A DNA stretch of 63,957 nt, the filler included, from Octopus bimaculoides (Eukaryota): assembly GCF_001194135.2 (NCBI RefSeq). It is 6 parts of 6 records of this genome, joined end to end, with 100 filler letters (N's around TTAATTAATTAA, not from the genome) between each part and the next. Parts side by side here need not be neighbours in the genome. Positions count along the whole stretch, not along the records: positions 1 to 26,555 come from NC_068991.1; 5 more parts are not named here. One strand, written 5' to 3'. Both the position numbers and the translations under genes were made by a program. Numbering within the stretch: position 1 is the stretch's first letter; each line of letters opens with the position of its first letter. Of this stretch, positions 1-12,720 are shown piece by piece. Below the pieces are notes generated by a model. That model ran no database searches. It had not been told where the DNA came from and was given only the letters and a program-made list of their open reading frames with translations.

Positions 1-100
1 CTTCATTCTTTTATTACTTTTTTTTTTAAGCCTTTGGGTTGCAGGGTTTTAGTCGAATGAAACAACCCCAGTGGTAATTAAAAATTTTTTTTTTAAAGTC

Positions 101-340
101 TGTGTGGTAAGAAGTTTGCTTCTCAACCCAACCACATGGTTCTGGGTTCAGTCCCACTGCATGGCACCTTGGGCAAGTGTCTTCTACTATAGCTTTGGGC
201 CAACCAAAGCTCTGTGAGTGGATATGGTTAACAGAAGCTGAAAGAAACCCATAGTGTGTATATATATATATATTCATATATCTATGTGTGTGTGTCTTTG
301 TGTCTGTGTGTGTCTTCCCATCACCGTTTGACAACTGGTG
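101..340 (+). mobile_element. SINE family A copy (tRNA-like head, CORE-like CCTTGGGCAAGTG body, TA/TG tract)
   Basis: TGTGTGGTAAGAAG...GGTTCAGTCCCACTGCATGGCACCTTGGGCAAGTGTCTTCTACTATAGC recurs at 12418, 18619, 26656(-), 48597(-), 53533 and 53674-54180(-); Pol III A/B-box-like head. Confidence 0.85.
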
Positions 341-599
341 ATGGGGGGGGGGACATCATGTTTGTTTTCGTCATTGTCCTGTACGTTCATTACCTATTCC
401 CAGTGGTTTTTTCATCACTGGCGCCACCAAAAATCAACAATATCAACATTAAAGGTGCAAAATTCTAAGAATCTTTTAGACATTGACTAATGAGGAATTA
501 GCTACTAATCTTTCATTCGTTATGTTTTTGTTAAATTTTCCATTTGTTGTGTTTATGTCAAATTTTTGTAAATATGTGTGTGTGTGTGTGTGTGTATGG

Positions 600-842
600 A
601 TCATGGGTTCACAGGATCTTCCAGACTATCAGACGCTGTAATACAATGCATCATATTTTTTGCTTTTGAATGATGTCCCCCTGCTGGCTTGAGAAGCAGG
701 CCGACATCCTACCTGATCGGAAAGATAATCCATTGCAGGATTATCCATTTACAGAAATGAAGTGTTTTGCTTAATGCACACCTTGGTTTAGGAATTGAAC
801 CCATAATCTGGCAATTGTGAGTGTAACACACTAATTACTAGA
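600..842 (-). mobile_element. Degenerate tRNA-derived SINE (family E)
   Basis: Reverse complement matches the plus-strand copy at 19241-19500 (GGTTCGATTCC-like B box, AAAACACTTCATTTC body). Confidence 0.6.
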
Positions 843-956
843 CAACACACCTTTTCACCCCCCCACACACACAGATGCACATACAAACATATGAACACAC
901 ATACACACACTCTAACCCCTCATACAGATGCATGCATACATGCATACATACATACA

Positions 957-1603
957 TTGAAGACCTCAATAAAATGTAAGCACAACAGACCTGATATAAT
1001 GATTTGGGATAGAGAAGAGAAACTGNNNNNNNNNNAGACCTCAATAAAATGTAAGCACAACAGACCTGATATAATGATTTGGGATAGAGAAGAGAAACTG
1101 TGCACAGTTGTGGAAATTAGCTGCCCATCGGATGTTAACATAAAGCTGAAGATCAGTGAAAAAGAGAATACCTAAGCTGAACTATTGAGGAATCTGCAGT
1201 TACTCTATCCCGATTACAAGTTCAGGTTTATACCTGTAATTATTGGAACCCTGGGATATGTAACACACTGCCTAAATACCAATCTTGAGAAATTAGGATT
1301 CTCAAAACCAGAAAGGAGAATGCTAGTTTGAAGACTACAGATCCAATTCATCAGTGCAAGTGTAAAAATCAGTAAAACTTTCCAGAAGTTTATCATTTAA
1401 ATATATATGAGCATGTCTAGATATGTAACTATATGCATGACAATACATACATAAAACATACACATTTGCATACATACATACATACAAACAAGCAAACAAA
1501 AATACCCTGTTGTTGATGTTGAAACTCCAATGAGAGAGCTTTGGACTTAGGTTAGGAACCAGTTTTTTATTGGTAAGAAATCTTGAAATAAACTGAAAAA
1601 TGA
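957..1603 (+). mobile_element. 5'-truncated R4/Dong-clade non-LTR retrotransposon: RLE endonuclease C-terminus plus 3' UTR, in a (CATA)n array
   Basis: Translates HNRPDIMIWDREEKLCTVVEISCPSDVNIKLKISEKENT*AELLRNLQLLYPDYKFRFIPVIIGTLGYV...KTFQKFII* (PD...E motif of restriction-like endonucleases; two internal stops). The 3' UTR ends AATAAA-CTGAAAAATGA-(CATA)n, and CATA repeats also precede the 5' junction. Confidence 0.85.
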
Positions 1604-1666
1604 CATACATACATACATACATACGTACATACGTACGTGCATACATACATACATACATACATACAC

Positions 1667-1770
1667 ACCGTGTTGCTGATGTTGAAATTCCAATGAAGGA
1701 GCCATAGATCTAAGTTAGAAACTGGCTCTTTCTCCTTTGGCAAGTTATCTTGAAATAAACTGAATAATGA
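1667..1770 (+). mobile_element. Second short 3'-end copy of the (CATA)n-associated R4-like element
   Basis: Diverged repeat of 1500-1603 ending AAATAAACTGAATAATGA-(CATA)n, directly after the first copy's tail. Confidence 0.8.
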
Positions 1771-2825
1771 CATACATACATATATTTTACTCTAAGGTAA
1801 TAAAATTTTTTAATTTGGAATTTTAATTTTGTTTTCTTTTCCCTTTTCTATTTTGCAACGGAATTCTTCACTGTCGTCACAGGAAATTGCTTCAAGTACA
1901 TTGATGATTGAAGCAGACATATGCTCACACGTATATGAATATGTATACAACACATACATATACGCATACACACTAACATGCACACACATCTCACTGTTGT
2001 AATCATTCAGTGAACTTTAATATAGATTGTGCTGGAAATTATAAAGTGTAATTCAATTCCTAATTCGTTAGCTAAACCATATAATATGAACATACATGTC
2101 AGAAGATATACAGACACACACACATGTATGTTTGCGTGTGTGTGTATATATAATATATATGTCATCATCATCATCATCATTTAACATCTGCTTTTCATGC
2201 TGATACACACACACACACACGTGTGTGTGTGTGTGTGTGGTGTGTTTGTGCATATTTATTATATATGTTTATATATCATAATATATGTATATATATATAT
2301 ATATATATATNNNNNNNNNNNNNNNNNNNNNNNNNNNNNNNNNNNNNNNNNNNNNNNNNNNNNNNNNNNNNNNNNNNNNNNNNNNNNNNNNNNNNNNNNN
2401 NNNNNNNNNNNNNNNNNNNNNNNNNNNNNNNNNNNNNNNNNNNNNNNNNNNNNNNNNNNNNNNNNNNNNNNNNNNNNNNNNNNNNNNNNNNNNNNNNNNN
2501 NNNNNNNNNNNNNNNNNNNNNNNNNNNNNNNNNNNNNNNNNNNNNNNNNNNNNNNNNNNNNNNNNNNNNNNNNNNNNNNNNNNNNNNNNNNNNNNNNNNN
2601 NNNNNNNNNNNNNNNNNNNNNNNNNNNNNNNNNNNNNNNNNNNNNNNNNNNNNNNNNNNNNNNNNNNNNNNNNNNNNNNNNNNNNNNNNNNNNNNNNNNN
2701 NNNNNNNNNNNNNNNNNNNNNNNNNNNNNNNNNNNNNNNNNNNNNNNNNNNNNNNNNNNNNNNNNNNNNNNNNNNNNNNNNNNNNNNNNNNNNNNNNNNN
2801 NNNNNNNNNNNNNNNNNNNNNNNNN

Positions 2826-3135
2826 ATTAAAGGACTTTCGAGTGAGATCGTTGCCAGTGCCCCCGGACTGGCTCTTGTGCGGGTGGCACATAAAATACAC
2901 CATTTTGAGCGTGGCCATTGCCAGTACCGCCTGACTGGCCTTCGTGCCGGTGACACTTAAGAGCACCTACTACACTCTTGGAGTGGTTGGCGTTAGGAAG
3001 GGCATCCAGCTGTAGAAACTCTGCCAAATCAGATTGGAGCCTGGTGTAGCCTTCAGGCTCCACCAGTCCTCTGTCAAATCGTCCAACCCATGCTAGCATG
3101 GAAAGCGGACGTTAAACGATGATGATGATGATGAT
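2826..3135 (+). mobile_element. RTE-type 3' end / SINE family C with (GAT)n tail
   Basis: GGCGTTAGGAAGGGCATCCAGCTGTAGAAAC...CCAACCCATGCTAGCATGGAAAGCGGACGTTAAACG(ATG)n; homologous copies at about 5100, 7300, 10020, 17500, 54500 and 56905. Confidence 0.75.
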
Positions 3136-6079
3136 ATACACCCACAAAAGAACACATATTTTTGCATGTGCTCACACACAGATGTAGGTGTAAAAAGGAA
3201 TGATGAAAAACACTCAACGCATATTGTAGAATTTAAATATTTAACTATATGCTTTAGCCATATGATTCAGTTTCGCCTCACATGAAGTCCCATCATCATC
3301 ATCATCATCATCATCACCATGACGATCATCGTTATCATAATCATTTAACGTTCTTGTTCCCATGTAGGAATGGATTCCATGGTTCAATGGTTCGGCAGGA
3401 ATCTATGAGCCAGAGGGCTGTGCCAAACTCCAGTGTTTGCTTTAGCATAGTTTCTAATGCTGGATGCCCTTCCTAATGCCAACCACCTTAACAGAACTCA
3501 CAGGGTGTGTTTTCTCTTTTGTTCTTATGGCACCTGCACTAATGAGGTCATCAAGTACTCACAAGGCAAGACAAGACCCTCCCAGACTAAGTAGGGTTGT
3601 AGTATCTTCTTGATCATTATTATCTTCACAGGCACCAAGTTATCGTTATCAATATCACAAGCACCAAATTATCATCACTCTACTGTGAATGATAATATGA
3701 GCACAGAGGAATATCTTCCCTTTTATCCAGTGTGTATGTTTGATATCACATAAGAAAATCTTCATTTTACTCTTTATGATATTATAATAAAAAAAACAAA
3801 AAAACAAATTTACCTCATCCTACTGTATGAGATATTACAAGAACTAAATTATCGTTTTCTTATTTATCGATATGTGAAATTTTACACGCTTTCAGATGTA
3901 CAGGTTATCATCACCTCTACCACATGTAATATCACATGGAGAAAATATTAAAAATTTATTGGGATTGCATAACTGGGTGGTTCAAAAGTACACTTCATTA
4001 ACCATGTTGGTTCAGGTTCATAATCAACATCATAGTCATCACCATTGTCATCATCATCATCATCATTATCATCATTATTATCATCACTGCAATCATTGTC
4101 TTCATCATGATCATTATCATCATCCTCATTATCATGATCATCTTCATCATCATCGTTATCATCTTTGTCTCCAGCAGAATTTGAACTCAGAATGTAAAGC
4201 TTGTATAGTAGGTTAGATGTAGCAGTGAAGTTATCTATGTTAAAGGGATCATCTGTGTTGTTAGAAGACAAAAAATAAATACTAGAAATAACTACAAGAA
4301 ATTAGGGAGTGAGTAAAAGAAGGAAGGCTGGAAATGGAGAAAGATGGAGATAAAGGTAGAGATAGAAAAGGAAAGAGAGACAGAAGGCAGAAGAGAAAAG
4401 AAGGGAGAGAGGGAGAGAAAGAGAAAAAAGAAGAGAGAAAGAAAGGGAGAGAGAGTGAGAGTGTGTGTGTTATTCCATAATCAATCCGGAGCTGAAACAA
4501 GGAGATTTCTCAGGGTAAAACTGAATTGACAAACATTGATTGAAGTGGTTTTCAGAGGAGCAATAAATAGTTGGGAGCAAAATGATGAGGAATAATGTCA
4601 CGGCAACCTTGGTGAAGCATCGAAATACTGTTTACTAAATGTTTCGGAGTACTATGAGAAATGTGGCTGCAGGAATAACCATAGATACAAGTATATCCAT
4701 TAGATACAAGCATGGCCACAAACGCAAATGTGGCTGAGTGGTTAAGAAGATTGCTTCACAATAATGACGTCTTTGGTTTCAATCCCAGCATAGGGCATAT
4801 TTTACTGCGTGTGGTCTTTTGTGTGAAATTGGGGCATAGATGGAAACTGTGTGGAAGCCTGCCAGATGGACTATACTTGTTATTTCAAACAAGCCAACTT
4901 TTCTCACACAATGCATTGTACTGATTCTACTTGAGGCTTTACATTAAGGGTACATGTATCTCTGGAATATTCAGCTAGTTATTCTATAATACGTCATAAT
5001 CATCGAAAATATAAGAACACAGATAGTGTAAAGACAGACAAAAAACCACTAAGCATTTTGTCCGGCATGCTAACGTTTCTGCCAGCTTGCTGCCTTGGCC
5101 TGAGGAGATATTACATTGCTTGGAAACAGGTTAAGGTTCGAGACAAGAATGGCATCCAACTGTAGAGAATATGCCATTATAAAGTCTGTCTAACCCATGC
5201 AAGCATAGAAAAGTGGATGTGAAAACGATCATGATGATGATTATGATAAAAGTCTTCCATTTATTTTAAGATTGTAGTGTGTGTTCTGAAGGAATTTGGC
5301 TTGTAAATCTTAAAGATTAAGTGAAAGAGCATAGAGGTTCACTATCCGACTCAATGTGTGTGTGTGTGTGTGTATGTGCTAATTGTATGTTTGTATGTGT
5401 GCCGTGCCGTGTGTTGTGTGGGTGATGCAGATTTTGGAAGTTGTGTATGTGCTGTGTGTGTGTGTGTGTGTGTGCATTGAGTATGTTGTGTGTGTTGTGT
5501 GCAGTGTTTGTTGTGTGTACTTTATGTGTTTTATGCATGTGTTTATTGTATGTGTGCATTGTGCACATGTGTGAGTGTGTGTTGTGTGTTTGTTGTATGT
5601 GTGTGTTGTATGTGTGAGTGTGTGTGTGTGTTGTGTATATGTGTATGTGTGTTGTATGCATGTGTATGTTTGTGTACATGCATATTGAAATTGATTTTTA
5701 TTAATAAATTACACACCATAAGGGGAAGTGTACATGCGTGCACATGTATATGTATGCATGTGTGTGTGTGTGTGTGAGCATGTGTGTGAATGTGCATTAC
5801 TTCTTTTGTTCTTGTTGTTGTTGTTCCTTTTCTTTTTCTTTTTTTCCGCGAAATCTTTCATAAAGAGAACATTCCAGCGATGGAACATTCTCTGAAAAAT
5901 CCAATTAACGAGGCTAACAGAATCACAGTGCCATTGTTAGCAACCACTTGATTCTATATTAAATGTTACATTTGGAAATGTGTGATGACAACAGTACTAA
6001 TAGCATGATTACTCCAACACTGTTGATTTACGGTTACACGGAGGGAGAAAACCTGAAGAGAAAAAAAAAAAGGACAGAG

Positions 6080-6440
6080 AAGAACAGAACCGCTTGTGTT
6101 CTTCTGTCCATAAACACTATATTACACATCCAGTGGAGCATGCCTGCTTTATTTCTTTCTGCTCTTTGCACATTCTTCACATTCAAAGCCCATGTTTCAC
6201 TGCCATATAAAATTACATTTTGTAAACAAGTGTTACACAAGCAACCCCTTCAAGCCTTCACTTGTAATGAGCATTAAGAGTGTAATTTTGTTTAGAGGAG
6301 TAATTTTGGGTGTCAGTTCTCATCTGGTAGAACCCATAATCACTGGTATTCCAGCCATGACTGTCCTGTCATTTATTTCAGGCAGTGTACTTAGGAATAT
6401 GTTATGCAATGTGTCATTTCCTTTTTGCCATTGCTGTCCA
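6080..6440 (-). mobile_element. RTE-clade LINE reverse transcriptase C-terminal remnant
   Basis: Minus strand gives CLQNVILYGSETWALNVKNVQRAERNKAGMLHWMCNI, matching the LYGSETW...MLRW motif of RTE LINEs; upstream part is degraded. Confidence 0.8.
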
Positions 6441-6549
6441 TGAGGATGCAGCTGTTTACTCGGCCTTCTTTCTTATTCTTAATCACTCTTTTGACCACAC
6501 AGCTGCTACTTTCAACAGCTATTCTCTCTTTTGAGTCTATTTGGGATAG

Positions 6550-6567
6550 TTTCTCTCTCTCTCTCTT

Positions 6568-6609
<42 letters not shown>

Positions 6610-6658
6610 TCTCTCTCTCTCTCTTTTTCTCTTTCTCTTTCTCTCTCTTTTTCTCTTT

Positions 6659-6701
<43 letters not shown>

Positions 6702-7070
6702 ATACACTCACACACACTCTCTTTCTCTCTTTCAGACACACACACACATACACGCTCTCTCTCTCTCAGACATACACTCTTTCTCTCTCACTCACACTCT
6801 CTCTCTTTCTTTCTCACTTACACTCTCTCTCTTTCTCTTTCACTCACACTCTCTCTCTCTTTCAGACACACACACACACACACACACTCTCTCAGAATTA
6901 CACTCTTTCTTTCTTTCTCTCACTCTCTCTCTCTCTCTCTCTCTCTCTCACAGACACAGATATGCACACACACTCTCTCTATTTCAGGTACACATACACA
7001 CACTCTCTCTATTTCAGGTACACATACACACACTCTCTCTCTCGGACACACACACACACACACACACACA
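6550..7070. repeat. (CT)n/(CA)n compound microsatellite with an internal ~30-bp duplication
   Basis: Seen directly; CACACACTCTCTCTATTTCAGGTACACATA occurs twice near 6967-7030. Confidence 0.9.
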
Positions 7071-7084
7071 ATCCTTTTCTGAAA

Positions 7085-7464
7085 TGTCTTCCATTTAAGC
7101 CAGACCGAAGCTTTGTGAGTGTATTTTGCTAGACAGAAACTAAAAGAAGCCCATTGTGTATACATGTATGAGTATCTCTGTGTGAGTGTGTGTATGTCTA
7201 TGTTTGTGCCACCTTGTCTTCACATTGCGTTGCAGTTATAAATGAGAGTCACTGTCATACAAGCAGTGTTTTCCATTCCCAACCTTCCATGAAAACATGA
7301 AGAAATATTACCTCACTTGGGAACAGGCAAAGGTTGGCAACAGGAAAGGCATCCAGCTGTAGAAAATCTGCCTTTATAAATTCCCACTGCCCAGAGAAAA
7401 GGTGCCTCAATGAACCCTGGCATTAAAATGATGATGATGTCATTGATGGTGATGATGATGGTGG

Positions 7465-7495
<31 letters not shown>

Positions 7496-7500
7496 GATGA
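7085..7500 (+). mobile_element. Composite SINE remnant: family A mid-body joined to an RTE-type tail with (GAT)n
   Basis: GACCGAAGCTTTGTGAGTG...GAAAC...AAAGAAGCCC followed by GGAAAGGCATCCAGCTGTAGAAAATCTGCC and GAT repeats. Confidence 0.65.
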
Positions 7501-7780
7501 TATACCCTATGAATCAGACGGTTAATTTTTGAAGTGTTTGAAATGAATACGTATGCACAGGGATCCACATATGCAAATGTAATTACACACGGGAAAGTTC
7601 TACGTTAAATCTTGATCTAATTTAAGTCGTTTAGTTTAATGGCAAACAACATATTTGGCACCAGGGTAAGCCATGCGGTGGATAATTGGTCACATGATCA
7701 AATCACAGTTAACTTGGGACTGAGAATTGTGTTTTTCGCACAAGCCGCACACAGCTACCACAACCATATACGTATAAGAG

Positions 7781-7813
<33 letters not shown>

Positions 7814-7936
7814 GGCAGACAGTCAGACGTATCAAAGCATTGCTCAGTAATTTAAAAGTGTATGAGTTCATTTGTAAGGTTTATATTTTCACAGAAGGGG
7901 ACAATTAAATTTGCCCTGCAAAACAGTTCTAAGACG

Positions 7937-7993
<57 letters not shown>

Positions 7994-9732
7994 TACATAC
8001 ATACATACATACATATATATTCGTATTATACAACTACTGCCTTGATTTCTTAGAGAGATTTTAGAATTAGCATTTTTGCTTATACACACACACATACATA
8101 AATATATACATACATATATATATATATACATACATACATATATATATACACACACACACATACACACAGATATATATATATACATACATACCTATACCTA
8201 TATATACTTATACATACATCCATACATGTACATATGTATACATAGTACATATATAATTAAATATTACAAAACACACACACACGCATAACTGGGAGCTGAT
8301 AAGAAATACACACATGCGCACACACACGCACACACGTAATTTAGAGCAGATAAAAAAAAAGCACAAATCTAAAACTGTTTTAACTATTTAGTTTAAATGT
8401 GAAATAAATTGGTTTGCTGAGAGATTCCATTACCAAATTTCTTAGATGCCATTGTTTAGTATTTTAAGCTATTTAATAGGTTTCAATGTTTTTTGGACGT
8501 AAAATAAAAGGAATGAAGAGGAATCGGTAGGATAATTGCTTATTTAGAATTCTGTTATTGTCTGCAAATACGAAATAAAAAAGAAAAGTAAGAGGTGTGT
8601 GGTTAAGAAACTTGCTTTGGAACCTCATGGTTTTGGGTTCAATCAATTCTACTGTGTTCCATCCTGATATTTACTCTATCAGTTGCTATTTGTTGAACCA
8701 CTAAGTTACAGGGATGTAAATACACCAACACCGGTTGTCAAGTTGTGGTGGCGAAAAATACAGACATAAACACACACACACACACACACAAATATATAAT
8801 TTATAGATGGGATTTTTCAGTTGGCATCTAAACAAATCCACTCACAAGGCTTTGGTTGGCCCAAGGCTATAGAAGACACTTGTGCAAGTAGGCATGGAGT
8901 GGGACTGAACCCATAGCCATGTGGTTGGGAAGCAAAACTTCTTACCACACACACACACACACACAAACATACATTATATATATATATTAAGGGCACCAGA
9001 AAGTAATGTCACAGTTCATCTCATGATCTCAAGTCTTTTTCCTCTGGTAATTACCTAAATATTAGCTTGGTATTGAAAATAAAGCAAAAAAAAAAAAAAT
9101 TTATTCAAACATGATAAACTATTTTGAATTATTGAAATGAATGAAAAGAAACAAAAAAAAACAAAACAAAAAAACCCAACAAATAAAAAAAAAAAACTAA
9201 GAAATAAAATGTTTATTTTAGAATAGATAGAAAAGTTTAATGTCTGGCTGTTTCCATAGTTACATTTGAATATTTTAAACTATTTGTGATGCTGATGAGA
9301 CAGCTTTAACAGCATTCTATTGTTTCAAGTTTATCACTTTACGAGGAACAAGCTCTCACTAAAATATGGTGTGTCTGTCTGTCTGCCCATCTCAGTAGAA
9401 TAGACATTCAGACAAGCCTTCACACCCCCTCTGCAACTCATCTTCAAACACCCACTCTTCCATCAACCTTCTATGTTACTTCAATCATTCACTTCTCTTC
9501 TACAAAACTGATATTTTCTGTGTCCAACTCATTCCCTGTTTCCATCCACCTGTCACAGTATTCTCACTCAGTACACTTATCCATACATCCACCTTTTCCA
9601 CTCCTCTGGTCTGTTCTCTCTCTCATATTCACCTTGCACATTGAACTTACATCCATCTCCCCCCCACTCTCTCTCTCTCTATCTGTCTATCTATCTATCT
9701 ACCTACCTCTAACTCCGTTTCTTTCCTGTATC

Positions 9733-9893
9733 AGGACAATTACCCTCCATAGGACAATTCCCCCGATAATAACAACCCCCTAGGACAATTACTCCCTCTC
9801 CAATATATTAAGAAGCTTAAATCATCATTTGTTGTCCTTAGGGGTAATTGACGTTGGTGGGTTATTGTCCATGGGGGTGGGGGTAAATATCCT
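9733..9893. mobile_element. MITE-like element with reiterated subterminal GGACAATTACCC motifs
   Basis: Three AGGACAATT(A/C)CCC-like motifs on the left; inverted GGGGTAATTG, GGGTTATTGTCC and GGGGTAAATATCCT on the right. Confidence 0.55.
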
Positions 9894-10245
9894 AGACCCT
9901 TCTTTCCAGGTGGGTAAGCCATGTGTTCACCTCTTCAGCAAGATACCTACTCCTGTCCCTCCATCCTAGTTTCTTATCCTTTCATTCTATTTCCACTCTG
10001 TTGAAAGGTCTTGCCTTACAAGTTACTTTGTGACCTCACTGGTGCTGGTGCCACATAAAATGCACCCATGACACTCTGTAAAGCAAGTGGCACTAGGAAG
10101 GGCATCCAAATGTAGAAACCATCCCAAAGCAGACAGTAGAGCTTGGTAAGCACACACACACACACACACACACACATACAAGCAGTGGGTTTCTAAACAA
10201 TTTCTGTCTACTGAATTCACTCGCAAGGTATTGGTTGGTCTGGGG

Positions 10246-10432
10246 CAGTGTTTCTCAACCAGGGTTCTGCAAAAGGTACCTAGGGGTTCTGTGAGAAAGA
10301 GTGAGATAAACTAATGCTAATTTCATGATTGTAATATTACTATACATGCACATCATATTACTGGTTATTGTAATATTGTAATATAGACATCATCCTATCT
10401 AACCTATTATGTTATCAAAAATAAAATAACAA

Positions 10433-10485
<53 letters not shown>

Positions 10486-10617
10486 AAAAAAAAAAAAATT
10501 ATTTATGGGTTTCAGCCAAGTGGCTGTGGTCATGCTGGAGCACCATTATATATATATATATATATATAATGGGAACCAAAGGGGTTCATTGGTAAACAAA
10601 TTGGTTGAGAAACACTG
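10246..10617. mobile_element. hAT-like MITE with a nested (TA)n tract and SINE fragment
   Basis: TIRs CAGTGTTTCTCAACC / GGTTGAGAAACACTG; no matching 8-bp TSD seen. Confidence 0.75.
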
Positions 10618-11944
10618 AGCTAATCAGTTCTTACATTTTTAAAATGTTAGGTGATTTTAGAGAGATTTGGCTGCTATTTCTAGATTGATAAATGAACTAC
10701 CTTTGAGTCACAAGAGAATATAATATGGTGTCAGTGGTGAAAGTAATATATTTTCATTGTAATAAAGGCTCATCTATTTGCTGAATTCTACAGGAGTAAA
10801 ACACCGATATCTTTTAAGAATTCATAATAATTGTTTTTTAGTGAAGTGCAGAAGTATAACAGATAATTTATCCCAGAACATTAGCATTTCACTTCTCTGA
10901 TGTCACCTAATGCCAAAAGGAAAACATAGCAGAAAAGAATTATCACAGCTTACCATTCTTTTCATTACTGTACAATTTAATGTGTATATGTGTATGTATG
11001 TATGTCATGCATGTGTAATATTCTAATATTTATGTAATATTTAGAAATAAATAAATGCTACAGTGACTCTGTTTATTACTGTAGCAAAAAAGGGAGCTTT
11101 TATACAGGAACCTATTTTCAGCTACGTGTGAAGTCACCAAATGATAAGCTGTCACTTCATTCAATCCCTCCTACAGGAGCATATTACAACATCATTCAAG
11201 CAATATGAACCAGCATTGATTTGGATAGAAGGATGATGGCCTAAACAACTCAGCAAGATATGGCAGTAGCATTTTATGTAATAGAACCGGAATAAATTTG
11301 TATCTAATCGATATCAGACAATTTCAAGAGAGGCCAATGGATTATTGTGATAATTAATACGGTATGAGGTGATATTTTATTTATCATGAAATGGAATGTG
11401 CACAGAATGATTAGGCAGATGCTAAGCTGAAGGCTGCACGTTAGAATAGTGATGCTCTGGTTCTTCAAGGAATATTCTAGATTACTTCGGCAAAAATGCT
11501 TAAAGTGATAAAAGATATTTCGGATTCTGCTGCCATTTATCAGGAAATATTACAAAATGACAAATAAATAGATGAATTGTTTAAAATTTTAAAAATCAAT
11601 AAAAAGCAAAACATATTTGTGTGCGAGTGTGTGTGTGTGTGTGTGTGCATTTATATGAATATCAATGTTCAGTATATGTGCATGTATATGTGAGTGTATA
11701 TATGCATGGATGTGTATATGTATATATATATGTATATATATTTATATATATACATATATATATATATATACATATACATATACATATATATATATATATA
11801 TATACGTATATCATCATCATCATCGTTTAATGTCTGCCTTCTATGCTGGCATGGGTTGGACGACACATATACATATATATATATATATATATATACATAT
11901 ACATACAAATATACATATATATGTACATATACATACAAATATAC

Positions 11945-11975
<31 letters not shown>

Positions 11976-12376
11976 TATACACACATATACATATACACAT
12001 ATACATACATATATACACACACACACACACATACATGTATGTATGTATAGAGTGTTAGGTGTGATGTACAGAAATTGAATATTGAGTAAAAAGTTGGCAG
12101 AATTTTGGAAAAAAATCTTTTTATTTCTCCATTATTAGCACTTTTGTTCCTTTCTCAAACTTGTCAAATAAAATTTTCTGAATGTACAAACAGCTTCTTC
12201 ATTTATATAAAACAGGTGTTTTTAAGGGGTTTTGTTTAGAAGAGAACATTATTTTTGTTTTTTTGGGTGAGGTTCCATGACAATGTATATACTTATACAC
12301 ATATATATATACATATATATGTATATATACATATATATACATACATATATATATATATATACATATATATACATAC

Positions 12377-12414
<38 letters not shown>

Positions 12415-12417
12415 ATA

Positions 12418-12582
12418 GGCGTAGGAGTGGCTGTGTGGTAAGTAGCTTGCTTACGAACCACATGGTTCCAGGATCAGTTCCACTGCATGGCACCTTGGGC
12501 AAGTGTCTTCTACTATTGCCTCAGGCTGACCAAAGCCTTGTGAGTGGATTTGGTAGACGAAAACTGAAAGAAGCCCGTCGTA

Positions 12583-12669
<87 letters not shown>

Positions 12670-12720
12670 ATATGTTTGTGTGTCTATGTTTGCCCCCCGA
12701 ACATCGCTTGACAACCATTA
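12418..12720 (+). mobile_element. SINE family A copy
   Basis: GGCGTAGGAGTGGCTGTGTGGTAAGTAGCTTGCTT...CCTTGGGCAAGTG...GAAAGAAGCCCGTCG-(TA)n. Confidence 0.9.

Noticed and set aside
961-1101. 65-bp tandem duplication inside the RLE ORF
   Set aside because: Identical copies on either side of a 10-N gap; typical contig-overlap artefact.
3948-4271. Acidic 107-aa ORF (DDDEDD...YEPEPTW)
   Set aside because: Core is a degenerate (CAT)n repeat plus a SINE-B fragment; no supportive splice or homology evidence.
9280-9365. CDADETAL motif resembling a pogo/Tigger NADETAL
   Set aside because: Only about 7 residues match and the flanks are not convincingly transposase-like.
11373-11615. Protein-looking frame (ADAKLKAAR...IDELFKILK) with four stops
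   Set aside because: Stop density is about what random AT-rich DNA gives; no recognisable family.
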